Notes under the pieces: model-generated | Seen by the model: only the letters and a program-made list of their open reading frames with translations | Told to the model about the DNA's origin: nothing | Databases searched by the model: none | Translations under genes and position numbers: made by a program | In this document: in pieces, positions 1-11,572 of the stretch | Numbering within the stretch: position 1 is the first letter of the stretch | How the letters are laid out: every line of letters starts with the position of its first letter | Assembly: GCF_006345805.1 (NCBI RefSeq) | Contig: NW_021835520.1 | Location: 1-40,724 of the forward strand | Length of the DNA stretch: 40,724 bases | Reading direction: 5' to 3' | Origin: Octopus sinensis | Lineage: Eukaryota

Positions 1-19
1 TATAGTTACACATAACATG

Positions 20-76
<57 letters not shown>

Positions 77-300
77 GTATATATATAAATGTGCACATGC
101 ACATACACAAATGTGTGTATGTACATATGCATACATAGATAAATATTTTTGTATATGTTGATATATATTTGTATATATAATGAATGCATGTGTGTAAGTA
201 TATATGTGTATGCGTGTATGAATACATATGTGTGTGTGAGTGTGTGTATTATGTATGCATAAGCATGCATACGTTTATGCATATGTGTGTTCATACGTAC
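1..300. repeat. (TA)n and mixed TA/CA/TG microsatellite
   Basis: Pure TA run at about 24-69, then degenerate TATG/CA/TG dinucleotides. Explains the I/Y/H/T-rich ORF 6..227. Confidence 0.9.
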
Positions 301-664
301 GTAGATAAATACATTTGTACCTGATGTAATTAAGAAATACTTCATCAGGATTCGGAAGGAATGTAAATCAGGTGCCATCCGCATTCAATAAACCAAAACC
401 CTTACAATGTTGTTTTTATCGTTATCGGCTGTGAATGCGCATCGTCTAAATGAAGGAGTTGTTCTCTGATGACGGAAAAGCCACAGCGTCTATAAAATCG
501 CGCTCGACTCTGCTTGAACATATCAAGAATAAATAGATTCATAAGGATGAGATTCTCGTTGTTCTGTGTACATCTCATTAATTATTCTCTATAAATATTT
601 TGTTTTCGATGAAAGAACAAGCAATTTCATCTCTCATCTTCTAATCCACCTGCTTAGCTATATC

Positions 665-1066
665 TCTTTACCCTTTTACTTGTTTCAGTCATTTGACTGC
701 GGCCATGCTTGAGCACCGCCTTTAGTCGAGCAAATCTACCTAAGAACTTATTCTTTGTAAGCCTAGTAATTATTCTATCGGTCTCTTATGCTGAATCGCT
801 AGGTTACGAGGATGTAACCACACCAGCACCGGTTGTCAAGCAATGTTGTGGGACAAACACAGACACACAAATACCCACACACACATATATACATATACAT
901 ATATACGACGGGCTTCTTTCAGTTTCCGTCTACCAAACCACTCGCAAGTCTTTGGTCGGCCCGAGGCTATAGTAGATGTCACTCGATCAAGCTGCCACGC
1001 AGTGTGACTGAACCCGGAGTCATGTGGTTGGTAAGCAAACTACTTACCACACAGGGACTCCTGCGC
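665..1066 (-). mobile_element. tRNA-derived SINE family A (CORE-like, octopus-type), full length
   Basis: Reverse strand reads GCGCAGGAGT...GTGGTAAG (A-box-like), GGTTCAGTC (B-box-like), a CORE-like segment, an internal TA/CA tract and a 3' GGCCGCAGTCAAATGACTGAAACAAGTAAAAG tail. The same layout recurs several times in the window. Confidence 0.9.
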
Positions 1067-1364
1067 AAGATTTGTAACACATTCGAAAATGTCTCCATGC
1101 TGGGGCACCGCCGTTACTTTTTCTAAGCTTTCATAACTCGAAAACGCCCTCTGATATGTGGCATTTGGTGAACGAGGGAGTTTGACGTTGCTGCCCTTGT
1201 TTGCGCTTCTGGCCCTGAAGTAGATTCATGTGGAACGCATGACAGGATGAGATGCAGTTTTGTTTTGAAGACACCTACATTCACCCCATGTAAGTATTTC
1301 AGGCTTTTGGGGAGGATACTGAAAAAAATGTGGACCTTTGAAACTGAACATGTTGAATAAACCT

Positions 1365-1580
1365 ATTTCATTACTACCCACAGAGAGGACAAACAAGGAC
1401 AGACAAAGGGATTAAGTCGATTACATTGAGCCCAGTGCGTAACTGGTACTTAATTTATCAACCCCGAAAGGATGAAAGGCAAAGTCGACCTCGGCGGAAT
1501 TAGAGCTCAGAACGTAGCGGCAGACGAAATACCGCTAAGCATTTCGCCCGACGTGCTAACGATTCTGCCAGCTCGCTGCC
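1365..1580 (-). mobile_element. tRNA-derived SINE family B monomer with 7-bp TSD
   Basis: Minus strand GGCAGCGAGCTGGCAGAATCGTTAGC...GAGGTCGACTTTGCCTTTCATCCTTTCGGGG...; TAAACCT is present on both sides (1358-1364, 1581-1587). Confidence 0.9.
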
Positions 1581-2260
1581 TAAACCTTTTGTATAGCAAT
1601 GTTGAATAAACCTTTTATCCATATTCAAGGTAACATTTATTTCGAACTTGAAACCGTCATTTAGAGAATCACCACCTACGCTATGGCTGGACGTGACAAC
1701 ATCAAAACCACTGGTGAAGAAACGAAGAAAGAAAACTATGAAATTGTAAACAGAATCTTATTAGTTGTAGTTTAAGAAGAAATCGAAATTATGAAGCGCA
1801 TTTTTCTTGCGGTTATAAAGTCAATAATAACTTATGTAATTGCTATACAATAGCAAAAGATAATCTCACAGTAGACTATATGAATAGAATGAAGATAGTG
1901 GGATGAATTTCACCCAAAGCTAAATTATTACACGTCAATTATGCTAAAAAGCAACATATCTTCAATGTGAGTGGAGGGGGTTGATGGTTAAAATTCCACA
2001 AAATTAGAAAGTATACTTTTAATTAAGAGATTACAGCTACAAGCAGTCAGAGGCGGTGTCAAGATATATGAAATATTCTATAAGTTTAGTAAGGTTTAAA
2101 TATATATATACACGTGTAGATATATAAAGGTATATTTGTGCATAAATACGTAAATGAAAGCGTATCCATATATGTATACCTGTTTAAATATTTACATCTG
2201 TATGTGCATACATATGTACATTAATATATGCTTATATATATACATGAATGCACATACAAA

Positions 2261-2527
2261 CCAACTAACTGGCACATTACAAATACAAGCTGTAAGAGGA
2301 ACAGTAAAAATATGCAAGGCTCTTCTTAAGTTTAAAATGGGACATTGCTTTTTGGGTTATCAACACTCCAAGGATGGAACTTTGTACCTCTATTAGAAAC
2401 CAGCTCCTTCTCCAGAGGAAGGATTTAAATAATTAGAAACAGAAGGGAATTAACGTACGTACATGCATCATACATACATACATACATACATACATACATA
2501 CATACATACATACATACATACATACAT
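2261..2527 (+). mobile_element. R4/Dong-clade LINE extreme 3' end with (ACAT)n tail
   Basis: Translates QLTGTLQIQAVRGTVKICKALLKFKM, resembling the C-terminus of RLE-type LINE ORFs (LQKxALLGTxxIxR). Followed by a 3' UTR and a (TACA)n run. Confidence 0.6.
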
Positions 2528-2540
2528 AATTAGCTGGCTA

Positions 2541-2830
2541 GTGGATGTTAACATAAAGCTATAAATCAGTGAAAAAGAGAACACCTATGCTGAACTATCG
2601 AGAAATTTGCAGTTAATCTATCTAGATCACAAGTTCAGGTTTATACCTGTAATCAATGGGGCTCTGGAATATGTAATACACTGCCTAAATACCAATCTTG
2701 AGAAATTAGGGTTCTCAGAAGCAGAAAGAGGAAAGCTAATTCGAAGACTAGATGTCAAATTCATCACTGGAACTAAGAATCTGTAAAACTTTCCAGAAGT
2801 TCATCATTTAAATATATAAGAGCATGTCTA
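2541..2830 (+). mobile_element. R4/Dong-clade LINE restriction-like endonuclease fragment
   Basis: Translates VDVNIKL*ISEKENTYAELSRNLQLIYLDHKFRFIPVINGALEYV...LEKLGF, matching the DxNI..K..EK..KY..L and IPVIIGALG motifs of R4/Dong RLE domains. Confidence 0.75.
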
Positions 2831-2960
2831 GATATGCAACTACATGCATGAGGATACATACATAAAACATACAAATCTGCACATACATACATACATAGTT
2901 AATCCAAACATGGACAAGCAAGAAAAAACAACAGCGCGAGGATGTGGAATAAGTACAGCG

Positions 2961-3311
2961 TTGTTGAAATTCCAATGAAGGAGCGATGGATCTAGGTTAG
3001 AAACCGGCCCTTTCTCTATTGGCAAGGAATCTTGAAATAAAGCTGAATGAGGACATACATACAAACAAAAATACCCTGTTGTTGTTGATGTTGAAATTCC
3101 AATGAAGGAACCTTAGATCTAGGTTTAAAACCGGCCCTTTCTCTATTGGCAAGAAATCTTGAAATAAAACTGAATAATGACATACATACAAACAATCATA
3201 CCCTGTTGTTGATGTTGAGATTCCAATGGAGTCTTGGGTCTAGGTTAGAAACCGGCTATTTCTCAATTGGCAAGAAATCTTGAAATAAAACTGAATGCTG
3301 ACATACATACA
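2961..3311 (+). repeat. Three tandem ~120-bp units (LINE 3' UTR ends, each with an ACAT tail)
   Basis: GTTGARATTCCAATG...TCTAGGTTWRAAACCGGC...GGCAAGRAATCTTGAAATAAARCTGAAT...GACATACATAC occurs three times. A more degenerate fourth copy lies near 3361-3470. Confidence 0.85.
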
Positions 3312-3784
3312 TGAAAGCATGCATACACGCATGCGTGCATATATGACCAGTTATTTGATGCTGTCTAAATACCAATGAAAGAACCTTATATCAGAGTTGG
3401 AATCTGAATTGTCCTCTCTCGGTAAAAATTCTAAAACTAAAATTAAAAGTACATACATATAAACAAATGTGTGTCTATGTAGCATATATAAAACCTCGCA
3501 GTATGCGTGTATATGCATATATGCAAGGTATTTCAGAAAACGCACAATACCAACACGTGTCGTTTAGTATGTTGAAGTTAAAATCAAATAATGCGTGAAG
3601 GGATCGTTTTTCTTGAACAGCACGTGTCAGAAATTCTTATTAAATTCATCGGTGATTGAGAAGTGATGTCATGGTACGTGTTAAGGTGAGCTGAGCTAGA
3701 AAAGTTCACAAATCTTGGCAATGGTTAGAAGCCAACTAATTATAGCTTTAGCAAATTTTACCACCACAACAGCCATTGCTGCAG

Positions 3785-3940
3785 CTGATGATGATGATGA
3801 TGGGGTCGGTCGTGGTGGCGGCAGCGGCAGCGGTGCTGGTGACGACGACAACGATGATGATGGTGATGATGGTGGATGGTAGTGGTGGTGGTGGTGATAG
3901 TGGCAGCAGCGGCGGCAGTGGTGGTGATGACGACAATGAT

Positions 3941-3988
<48 letters not shown>

Positions 3989-4010
3989 GTTGATGATGAC
4001 GATGCTATCA
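3785..4010. repeat. (GAT)n/(GGT)n trinucleotide repeat
   Basis: Visible GAT/GGT/GAC runs; source of the poly-D/M/S/H ORFs. Confidence 0.9.
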
Positions 4011-4033
4011 CTATTATTACTTCTGCTATTGAA

Positions 4034-4330
4034 GGTGCGTGACCTAGCAGTCAGGGTTTTGCGCTCATGATAGTAAGATCGTGGTTTCACTTCACGGCCA
4101 GGACGGTACATTGTGCTTTTGAGTAAAAAAGAAAATTAAAAAAATGTAAAAAAACAACCTTTTTTTCCACATTGCTCCAATCGACAAATCAGTAAACGGG
4201 ACTCATGCAATAGCTGCAATGTTAAAGCCCTGCAACGGACCTCACCAGCCAAATATAAACAACATACAAATCTCAAGATACATGGATTAAAATGTCCTGA
4301 GTTATGACCATAGTAAGCTCTCATCATAAT
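4034..4330 (+). mobile_element. Degenerate tRNA-derived SINE
   Basis: GCGTGACCTAGCAGTCAGGG...GATCGTGGTTTCACTTC resembles a decayed A/B-box tRNA head followed by a body. Confidence 0.4.
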
Positions 4331-4520
4331 AACTCATACATTTATACCTTCAATTGTAGATTGGATGTTCTCACTCTGGGGCTATTTGAGGTAAATTTTC
4401 GTTAACACTAAAGATTTTGTTTAATCGTTTAATTTCACGCTATGTTTTTTTTTTCTTAAGAAGGCACCTTTAGAAAAATATGCCCTTTAGAAAAATATAT
4501 ATATAATTTATACAATGGCG

Positions 4521-4574
4521 GTGCCCCCAGCATGGCCACAGCTCGTGAGCTGAAACTAGATAAAATAAAAATAA
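4521..4574 (+). mobile_element. SINE family A-related 3' tip
   Basis: GTGCCCCCAGCATGGCCACAGC...TGAAACTAGATAAAATAAAA matches the family A 3' end. Confidence 0.55.
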
Positions 4575-4585
4575 GGTATAATATA

Positions 4586-4632
<47 letters not shown>

Positions 4633-4636
<4 letters not shown>

Positions 4637-5299
4637 ATTTGATAGCCTATAAGACGCACCTTTTTTTTTTTACCGAAAATGGCTTTAAAAATCCCCCTGC
4701 GTCCAATGCAAGAAATTTGTTATAATTACTCGTAATAACAATGTTATACAGATAAGTGGAGGAATTAAAACATTATTTTAGTTGTAATATATTTTACAAA
4801 AGTATAGTCATATGCACTTAAGACTTCAAACTTGAAATCTTCAAAGCCACAGTCGAACCAATTCTACTATATGGCTCAGAAACCTGGACGTTATCAAAGA
4901 AGCTTGAGAGGCAGTTGGATGGAACCTACACTCGCCTCGTTATGAGAGTTCAAAATCTCTCGTGGAAGCGTCATTCAACCAAAATGCAAATATATGGGAA
5001 ACTACCACCTGTGTCATCTCTTGTGAAAGGTAGAAGAGTCCAGTTTGCTGGACATTGTTGTAGAGCTGAAAACAAGGTAATTTCTACTCTTCTCCTCTGG
5101 AAGCCATCTACTCGCAATACCAGAGGGCGCTACTCTGATGTAATCTCCAGGGATACAGGCATCCAGCAACAGGACCTCCGTAATGCTATGATGGACCGTG
5201 AAGTGTGGCGTAACATCGTAAATTCCATTGTCTCGACCTCGGTCGAACAATGATGGTGATGATGATGCACTCGTGCGTCTTATAGGCCATCAAATATGT
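4633..5299. mobile_element. pogo/Tigger-like MITE with 27-bp TIRs, interrupted by an RTE fragment
   Basis: Left CCGTATTTGATAGCCTATAAGACGCAC (4633-4659) versus the reverse complement of 5273-5299, ACATATTTGATGGCCTATAAGACGCAC: 24/27 match. TA-rich flanks. Confidence 0.7.
4819..5264 (+). mobile_element. RTE-clade LINE, 5'-truncated 3' fragment
   Basis: Open frame 4822-5253: DFKLEIFKATVEPILLYGSETWTLSKK...RRVQFAGHCCRA...MMDREVWRNIV (LLYGSETW, FAGH and DR..WR are RTE C-terminal motifs). (TGA)n tail; ATGCACT on both sides (4812-4818, 5265-5271). Confidence 0.88.
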
Positions 5300-5468
5300 T
5301 ACATACATGCATATATATATATATAACTTATAAGTAAGGGCTAAATTATTTCAATGCCAATATGCTGATAACAGACTATTAAATCGTCAATTTCCACATA
5401 TTTCCACATTTTGATGGAATGTTTTTTCTGTAGAAAAAAACTTCATCCTATATTAGTAGTATATATAT

Positions 5469-5700
5469 TATTTCTTTACTACCCACAAGGGGCTAAACAC
5501 AGAGGAGACAAACAAGGACAGACAAACGGATTAAGTCGATTACATCGACCCCAGTGGGTAACTGGTACTTATTTAATCGACCCCGAAAGGATGAAAGGCA
5601 AAGTCGACCTCGGCGGAATTTGAACTCAGGACGTAACGGCAGACGAAATACGGCTACGCATTTCGACCGACGTGCTAACGTTTCTGCCAGCTCGCCGCCT
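5469..5700 (-). mobile_element. SINE family B monomer with 16-bp TSD
   Basis: Full head to tail; TTAGTAGTATATATAT duplicated at 5453-5468 and 5701-5716. Confidence 0.95.
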
Positions 5701-5804
5701 TTAGTAGTATATATATGCATGCATTCCTACATATAGACCCACCTGTATGCATGCATATATATATGCTACATAAATCCATGCCTTCGAACACACACACGTA
5801 CAAT

Positions 5805-5805
5805 A

Positions 5806-5836
<31 letters not shown>

Positions 5837-5943
5837 CATACATACATACATACATACATGCATGCATGCATACATACATACATACATACATACATACATA
5901 CATACATACATACATACATACATGCATACATACATACATATAT
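5805..5943. repeat. (TACA)n microsatellite
   Basis: Long TACA run; source of the MYVC and HTYI ORFs. Confidence 0.95.
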
Positions 5944-6099
5944 AGATTTATTCATAAAACTTCCATAGAAAACTCGAAGACGTGTTTTGGCAAAAAGAGA
6001 AAATCCTGATTTTTTTTAATAGTCGGATATAAGTAAAGAACAAATGCCGGCATTGAATGTAGTTTGAGACATCAGTGAAAACTGGTAAAGATGATTGTT

Positions 6100-7110
6100 T
6101 AGAAGAACACAGAAAGAGACAGATGAAGAGAATTAAAGAATAATGAGAAGAATGTGTAATGAAGAAAAATATAATTATACAGCAACCATTGTGAAAACAT
6201 ATTCGAAATACATTTACGAAGACAAATGCAGAATAGGGAATGTAAAATATATATCAATAGAGAGAAAAAAATGGTATTAAACAAAACAAAACAAAAAATG
6301 CAGACGTACACTTCACGGAGAAATTCTAAAGACTTCGACTTTAAATTAATAATGACAGTTATTTTGTCTGTGAGGGGTAGGTGGAAGAGTGTGGGTCTAG
6401 TATAGAATTGAGGAAAGAAGAAATAGGAGATTGTAAGGAAGAATCTAGACTAGAGAAAATAAAGAATGAAATTTGAAGTAAAGAAAGGATATGGAGGTAA
6501 ATAGAGGTAGAAAGAGAGAACGTGAAAGAGAAAGAGAGAGAGAGAAATATTATAAGGGGTGAAGTAAGAGTGGAATAGACAGTGAGGGAGAGAAGTAGGG
6601 ATAAATGTGATGGGGGGAGTGAGTATAATATTGAGAAAGTAAAGATTTACGAGAGAAAGAGAGAAAGAGATGGGGAATAAACTGCAGGATAAATTGTAAA
6701 ATGGAAAGGAAAATAGTGAAACAGTTGAACAGAAAAGTAAAAGTGAACCAGGGGGGAAAACTGTAAAAGAGAAAATGAGTTCTATTTAAATATAAATGGA
6801 TGGTAATAGGAGAAAAATGGAAGAAAGTTTTAGAGAGCGAGAGATGGAGATGTGTGGAAATGCGTGAGAAAGGAAGGAAACAAAATAGAGAGGGACATAG
6901 CGGGACCAAGATTTGCAAAATTATAAATAACATGATGGGATGTTGATTGAACCAGAAGGAAGGTGCAATATATTGAAAATGAGGATTGAGGAATGTGAAG
7001 TAAGATAGAAAGAACGAAAATGAGAGGAAGAATGAGCTGGAAAAAAAGAGAGAAGATTATAACGACAGAGAAACTAAAATGGTGGCGAAGAGAGGAAAAG
7101 AAGCGTCGTT
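6100..7110 (+). repeat. Purine-rich (A/G) low-complexity tract
   Basis: Strong A/G excess on the plus strand with GA runs and no discrete repeat unit. Confidence 0.6.
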
Positions 7111-7698
7111 TTATATACGGTTTGGAAATGTTTATGCGATCGTCTGCAATATTTATTATTGTTATCAACAAAGTTTCTTTGGTAATTGGTCACGTTTGCA
7201 ATAGTTTATTGTGAAAACGGAAATAGTACAGAGTTAATACAATAGCTGAGATGTCGGTCGATATTACTAAAGCAAAATCAACAGCGAACTCAGGTTCCAT
7301 TCTCCACCGACAGCTATTCCACTACTACCATCGACTTTGAAACAAAGGTAGCTAAGTTTTAAAATTGAATTAGTTGCAGGTATGAATGTCAGAGATAAAA
7401 ATTAGGTGCCACAACGACCGAGAAATTCTTTAGTCTTTTTTTCTTTTACATTTTTCTTTTATATTTTTGCATCAGGCTGTCTGAGACTACAGAACATTAT
7501 TCTTGATTAATACTGTACCTTTGATTTCTCAGATGGTTTAAGGATACTAAGTGAGATTGGTTCGGTTAATGTAGAAAAAGTGAAGAGTCGTGTATTCGTA
7601 AGATATTTTACTAGCGGCTTACCGTTCCAGGTAAAATTCTGAAGTCATCTCTGCCGAGTATTTTACCTGACAGACTTTCCAATATTACTCATTCCCAA

Positions 7699-7890
7699 AG
7701 ACGGCGAGCTGACAGAATCGTTAGCACGTCGGACAAAATGCTTAGTAGCGTTTCGTCCGTCTTTACGTTCTGAGTTCAAATTCCACCGAGGTCGATTTTG
7801 TCTTTCATCCTTTCGGAGTCGATTAAATAAGATAAGTACCGTTTGAACTCTGGGGTCGATGTAATCAACATATTCTCTTCCCCAAAATTA
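7699..7890 (+). mobile_element. SINE family B variant
   Basis: AGACGGCGAGCTGACAGAATCGTTAGC...GAGTTCAAATTCC...TCTTTCATCCTTTCGGAGTCGAT...TGGGGTCGAT. Confidence 0.85.
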
Positions 7891-7924
7891 CTAAAGTTTG
7901 AAATTAGCATTACACGTTCCCAAA

Positions 7925-8471
7925 CGCGTTGAGCTGTCAACATCGTGGACATACCGAACATAATGCTAAGCGACATTTCATCCGTCTTTACATTCTAAGT
8001 TCAAATTCTTATTTCTTTATTGCCCACAAGGGGCTAAACATAGAAAGGAGAAACAAGGACAGACAACGGGATTAAGTCGATTATATCGACCCCAGTGCGT
8101 AACTGGTACTTAATTTATCGACCCCGAAAGGATGAAAGGCAAAGTCGACCTCGGTAGAATTTGAACTCAGAACGTAGCGGCAGACGAAATACCTATTTTT
8201 TTACTACCCACAAGGAGCTGAACACAGAGAGGACAAACAAGGACAGACAAACGGATTAAGTCGATTATATCGACCCCAGTGGGTAACTGGTACTTAATTT
8301 ATCGACCCCGAAAGGATGAAAGGCAAAGTCGACCTCAGCAGAATTTGAACTCAGCAGACGAAATACGGCTACGCATTTCGCCCGGTGTGCTAACGTTTCT
8401 GCCAGCTCGCCTCCTTGTTCGGTTCTGAGTTCAAATTCTGCCGAGGTCGACTTTGCCTTTCATCTTTTCGA
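7925..8471 (+). mobile_element. Older SINE B copy split by an antisense SINE B dimer
   Basis: Head at about 7925-8009 ends in TTCTAAGTTCAAATTCT and resumes at 8423 with TTCTGAGTTCAAATTCTGCCGAGGTCGACTTTGCCTTTCATC. Confidence 0.75.
8010..8415 (-). mobile_element. SINE family B head-to-tail dimer
   Basis: Full monomer plus a 5'-truncated monomer joined at CAGACGAAATACCTATTT; 17-bp TSD with one mismatch (7993-8009, 8423-8439). Confidence 0.9.
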
Positions 8472-9605
8472 CTCTGAGTTATCTTTTCTGCTTTTCTCTA
8501 ATATGATCCCTACCTTTTTTCTTTGCAGCTTATTTTCAGATTTTGCTGCATCGCATCATATGTTTCCTTGAGGGAGGCCTTCCGCTCCCAGATCTTATTG
8601 ATTTTGAATTGCCATCGATGCGTCTATAAGTAATTCACTTTTATCTAGGAAATAGTGTTAGATGTATGCCAAGAACGTTTACCTCTGGGATGGTGTGGTC
8701 CGTATTAATCTGACTTCGTTTTTTGGCCTGTCCAGCACGGAAGATCCTACAAGGAGCATGCTCTCTGCTAGCATAGTTCTCTAGGTCACTGGGGCATACA
8801 AGCCCCGGTGAGCACAACGGGGGTTGCTGGATCTTCTGGTAGGTTATTGTTTATTTTATTTCTTCATAAATATTGTTTCCAGTACTTTGGTTCTTCGATA
8901 GAACAGTTAAAATAAACTAAATTCCGATGACTTTTCTGGTTGCGTAGCCTTGATATCACCCCGTCTTGTTTATTATTCTGTGAGACAAGCTAATCTTTGC
9001 AAACGCTTTCGTCTTTTCCGGATCAAAAAATTTCAGTGACTGCTAGAAATCATTCTTTCACAAATTCTCTGTCAGAACAATTTTTAGAAAATTTAACATT
9101 TTCGCTGACAGTCTGGCTTGCGTGCACTATTTCTCCGGGCTCTGTCTGTCTTTTAGAAACAAAAAAAAGCGTATTTAGGTTACCGACCTGTTTCTTTACC
9201 GTTTCGATTTTAGGTTTTCCACTATCTTCTTTGAATTTGCTATTTTCAGAATGTTTAATAGTGTGATAACTCTTAACGTTGAATTCTCTAAGCGTGTACA
9301 TATATATATATATATTATATATATTTTTATTTTAAATGTCTTGCTTTGAAAAACTGCATTTGGGTATGATTAGTATAATTTTGGTAGTAATGACTTTGTC
9401 CCTCCTAGTGTGAGGCATTTATGTGTAATAATGCCCTCTATACAATATAGATATAATTATTTGTTCAAAAAAAAAAATTATTTTCGAATTCTTTTCTTTT
9501 ATGAGGTTGTCACGCTAGCTACCCGATAATTTCTTGTTAAGATCCCTTATTAAGAGATTATCCTTAATTTTAAACTTATATATATATATATATATAATAT
9601 ATATA

Positions 9606-9788
9606 GTCGCCATGATAGATCGTTAGCCACTACACACATTTTTTCTCTCTCTTGTTTCTGTCCCTTTCTGTAGAAGAGCGTAGGCTCGAAACATAAAAGA
9701 CTTTTTCTATTCTGAGCGTTATACTAATACATCTGGTTGTTTTGTACACCACCTGTCTTCGTCTTTTGTTTTTTTTTTCGTAAACTCT

Positions 9789-9793
<5 letters not shown>
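9606..9793 (+). mobile_element. Penelope-like element terminal (pseudo-LTR) remnant
   Basis: Contains GAAGAGCGTAGGCTCGAAAC, a hammerhead-type core typical of PLE termini; flanked by TA runs. Confidence 0.5.
9664..9699 (+). ncRNA. Degenerate minimal type-I hammerhead ribozyme motif
   Basis: CUUU-CUGUAGA-A-GAGC[GUAG]GCUC-GAAA-CA-UA-AAAG. Stem I is CUUU/AAAG and stem II is perfect. The core has A6>U and stem III reads ACAU rather than palindromic ACGU. Confidence 0.5.
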
Positions 9794-9849
<56 letters not shown>

Positions 9850-9938
9850 CATATATATATATACATATATATATATACATTATATATATACATATATATC
9901 TATACATATATATATACATATATATAATATAATATAAT

Positions 9939-9969
<31 letters not shown>

Positions 9970-9982
9970 ATATAATATATAC

Positions 9983-10016
<34 letters not shown>
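9791..10016. repeat. (TA)n microsatellite
   Basis: Interrupted TA run of about 225 bp. Confidence 0.95.
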
Positions 10017-10363
10017 TTCGGTGTGAATGAATATTTTTTTTATACGGTGCCGAGTTTAATTATAATGTTATTTTTTATATCAGCTTAAAGTTTATGGAGA
10101 TCACCCTGTGAGAACATAGTTGTCTTCATTGTAATAACGCCCATCAAGAAAATATCACCCGTATTATGTTTATATTATCCTAAAATTAGATGCGTCATAC
10201 AAAGACTCAAAAAAGTCTCATGCGACCTGCAACCCGTAGATTGCCCGTGAATAGTGCTAAAGCTTTTTGGCCATCTTTGGTCATTGAGGATTGAGTTAAA
10301 GTACATTTCGATTCCAAACAGCGAACATGTTTATCGTAAGTGCACATCTTCTTAACTAACGTA

Positions 10364-10929
10364 TTGGGTTGTCCGGAAATTTCGTGCCGATTTATAGCAG
10401 CTTACCTTTCAACTTATTTTAAAACATGGTTGAGTCCATAAAATAGGATTTGACTACACCTCTATTTAGAGCACAGTTTAAGCTATCTTTTCGTGGAAGA
10501 AAGTTTATGTTCTTATAACCGGTGTTAATTTTGTAACCCTTTAAAATGAAAGATAAGAAAGTTCATTTTCGGCACTTGATGCTTTGGGAACCAGACAAAC
10601 ATTGCTGCAGCTCGGCGGGAATGTGTTACCCCACCCTCCATATTCACCAGATATTGCTCCTTCGGATTTCCACTTATTCAGGTCTCTGCAGAATAGTCTT
10701 AATGGTAAAAAATTCAATTCTTTGGATGACGTAAAAAGATACTTTGATGAATTCTCTGCCATGAAACCACCTCAATTCTGGGTAGAGGGTATTTTCAAGT
10801 TAAAGGAAAGATGGAAACTCATTGTGCAACAAAGGGGTTCATATTTGGTTGATTAAAAATGTAATGGCAAGTATTTATTGACGTTTTTCTTTCCTTTAAA
10901 AATCGGCACGAACTTTCCGGACAACCCAA
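10364..10929 (+). mobile_element. Internally deleted mariner element (566 bp)
   Basis: 30-bp TIRs TTGGGTTGTCCGGAAA(T/G)TTCGTGCCGATTT with 1 mismatch and TA on both sides. The transposase N-terminus MKDKKVHFRHLML is fused to a C-terminus with HPPYSPDIAPSDFHLFRSLQN (mariner YSPDLAP motif). Confidence 0.95.
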
Positions 10930-11513
10930 TATTTAAACCTGCCAGCAACAACGAATTTTTAAATGAGGCATGGACAACTTCTTCTGAGAAACGGACCGCA
11001 AGAAACATGCCTTATCATCAGGCGAGACGCATTACTAAAAAAAAAATTCATGGTAATTTTTCATAAGATGTACTATTCTGAAGTTCCCGCGAGCTCCAGT
11101 TTGATCAAGACTGACTTGAATACCGGAGAAGATATTTTTACATATACAGAATATAATTCATAATTTACTGTATGAGATATATGATTCAAGATTGTTCATT
11201 AAAAAGTATTCATAACAATATATTATGTGAAGTGTCACATTAATAAAAGCCGGGCCTTTTAATTCTCTTGAACCATATTCATAACAATTGCATTTGTTAA
11301 TTCTCTTTGGGTCTTCTTTAAAATGCACTTAAATTTTCAAACAAACGCAGTGAGTGGATTTGTGTTGTTGTTCTGTTTTTTCTTTTTTTGTACTTCTTGC
11401 GTGGAAAAACATTGATGCTAATATCTCTACGTGTTCGTCATACATAAATATTCTCATACATCAACACTTATTACTTCAAATACTTAAAATCAACACAAAC
11501 AATTTCATTGCAC

Positions 11514-11572
<59 letters not shown>

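Noticed and set aside
350-575. Possible PIF1/Helitron helicase remnant (RKSHSVYKIAL, IHKDEI)
   Set aside because: Similarity needs several frameshifts and stops and is too weak without an HMM search.
1129-1295. Possible exon ending at a GTAAGT donor near 1290
   Set aside because: All three frames from the nearest acceptor contain stops; no other support.
2961-3311. CRISPR-like array
   Set aside because: Eukaryotic context; the units are ~120-bp LINE ends with no unique spacers and no cas genes.
8600-8830. Possible RTE 5' UTR or HDV-like ribozyme
   Set aside because: Only a vague resemblance; an HDV double pseudoknot could not be built by eye.
10960-11030. Minus-strand CUGAUGA with an AGGCATG/CATGCCT inverted repeat
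   Set aside because: No GAAA or cleavage triplet in the required position; a 7-bp match is expected by chance.
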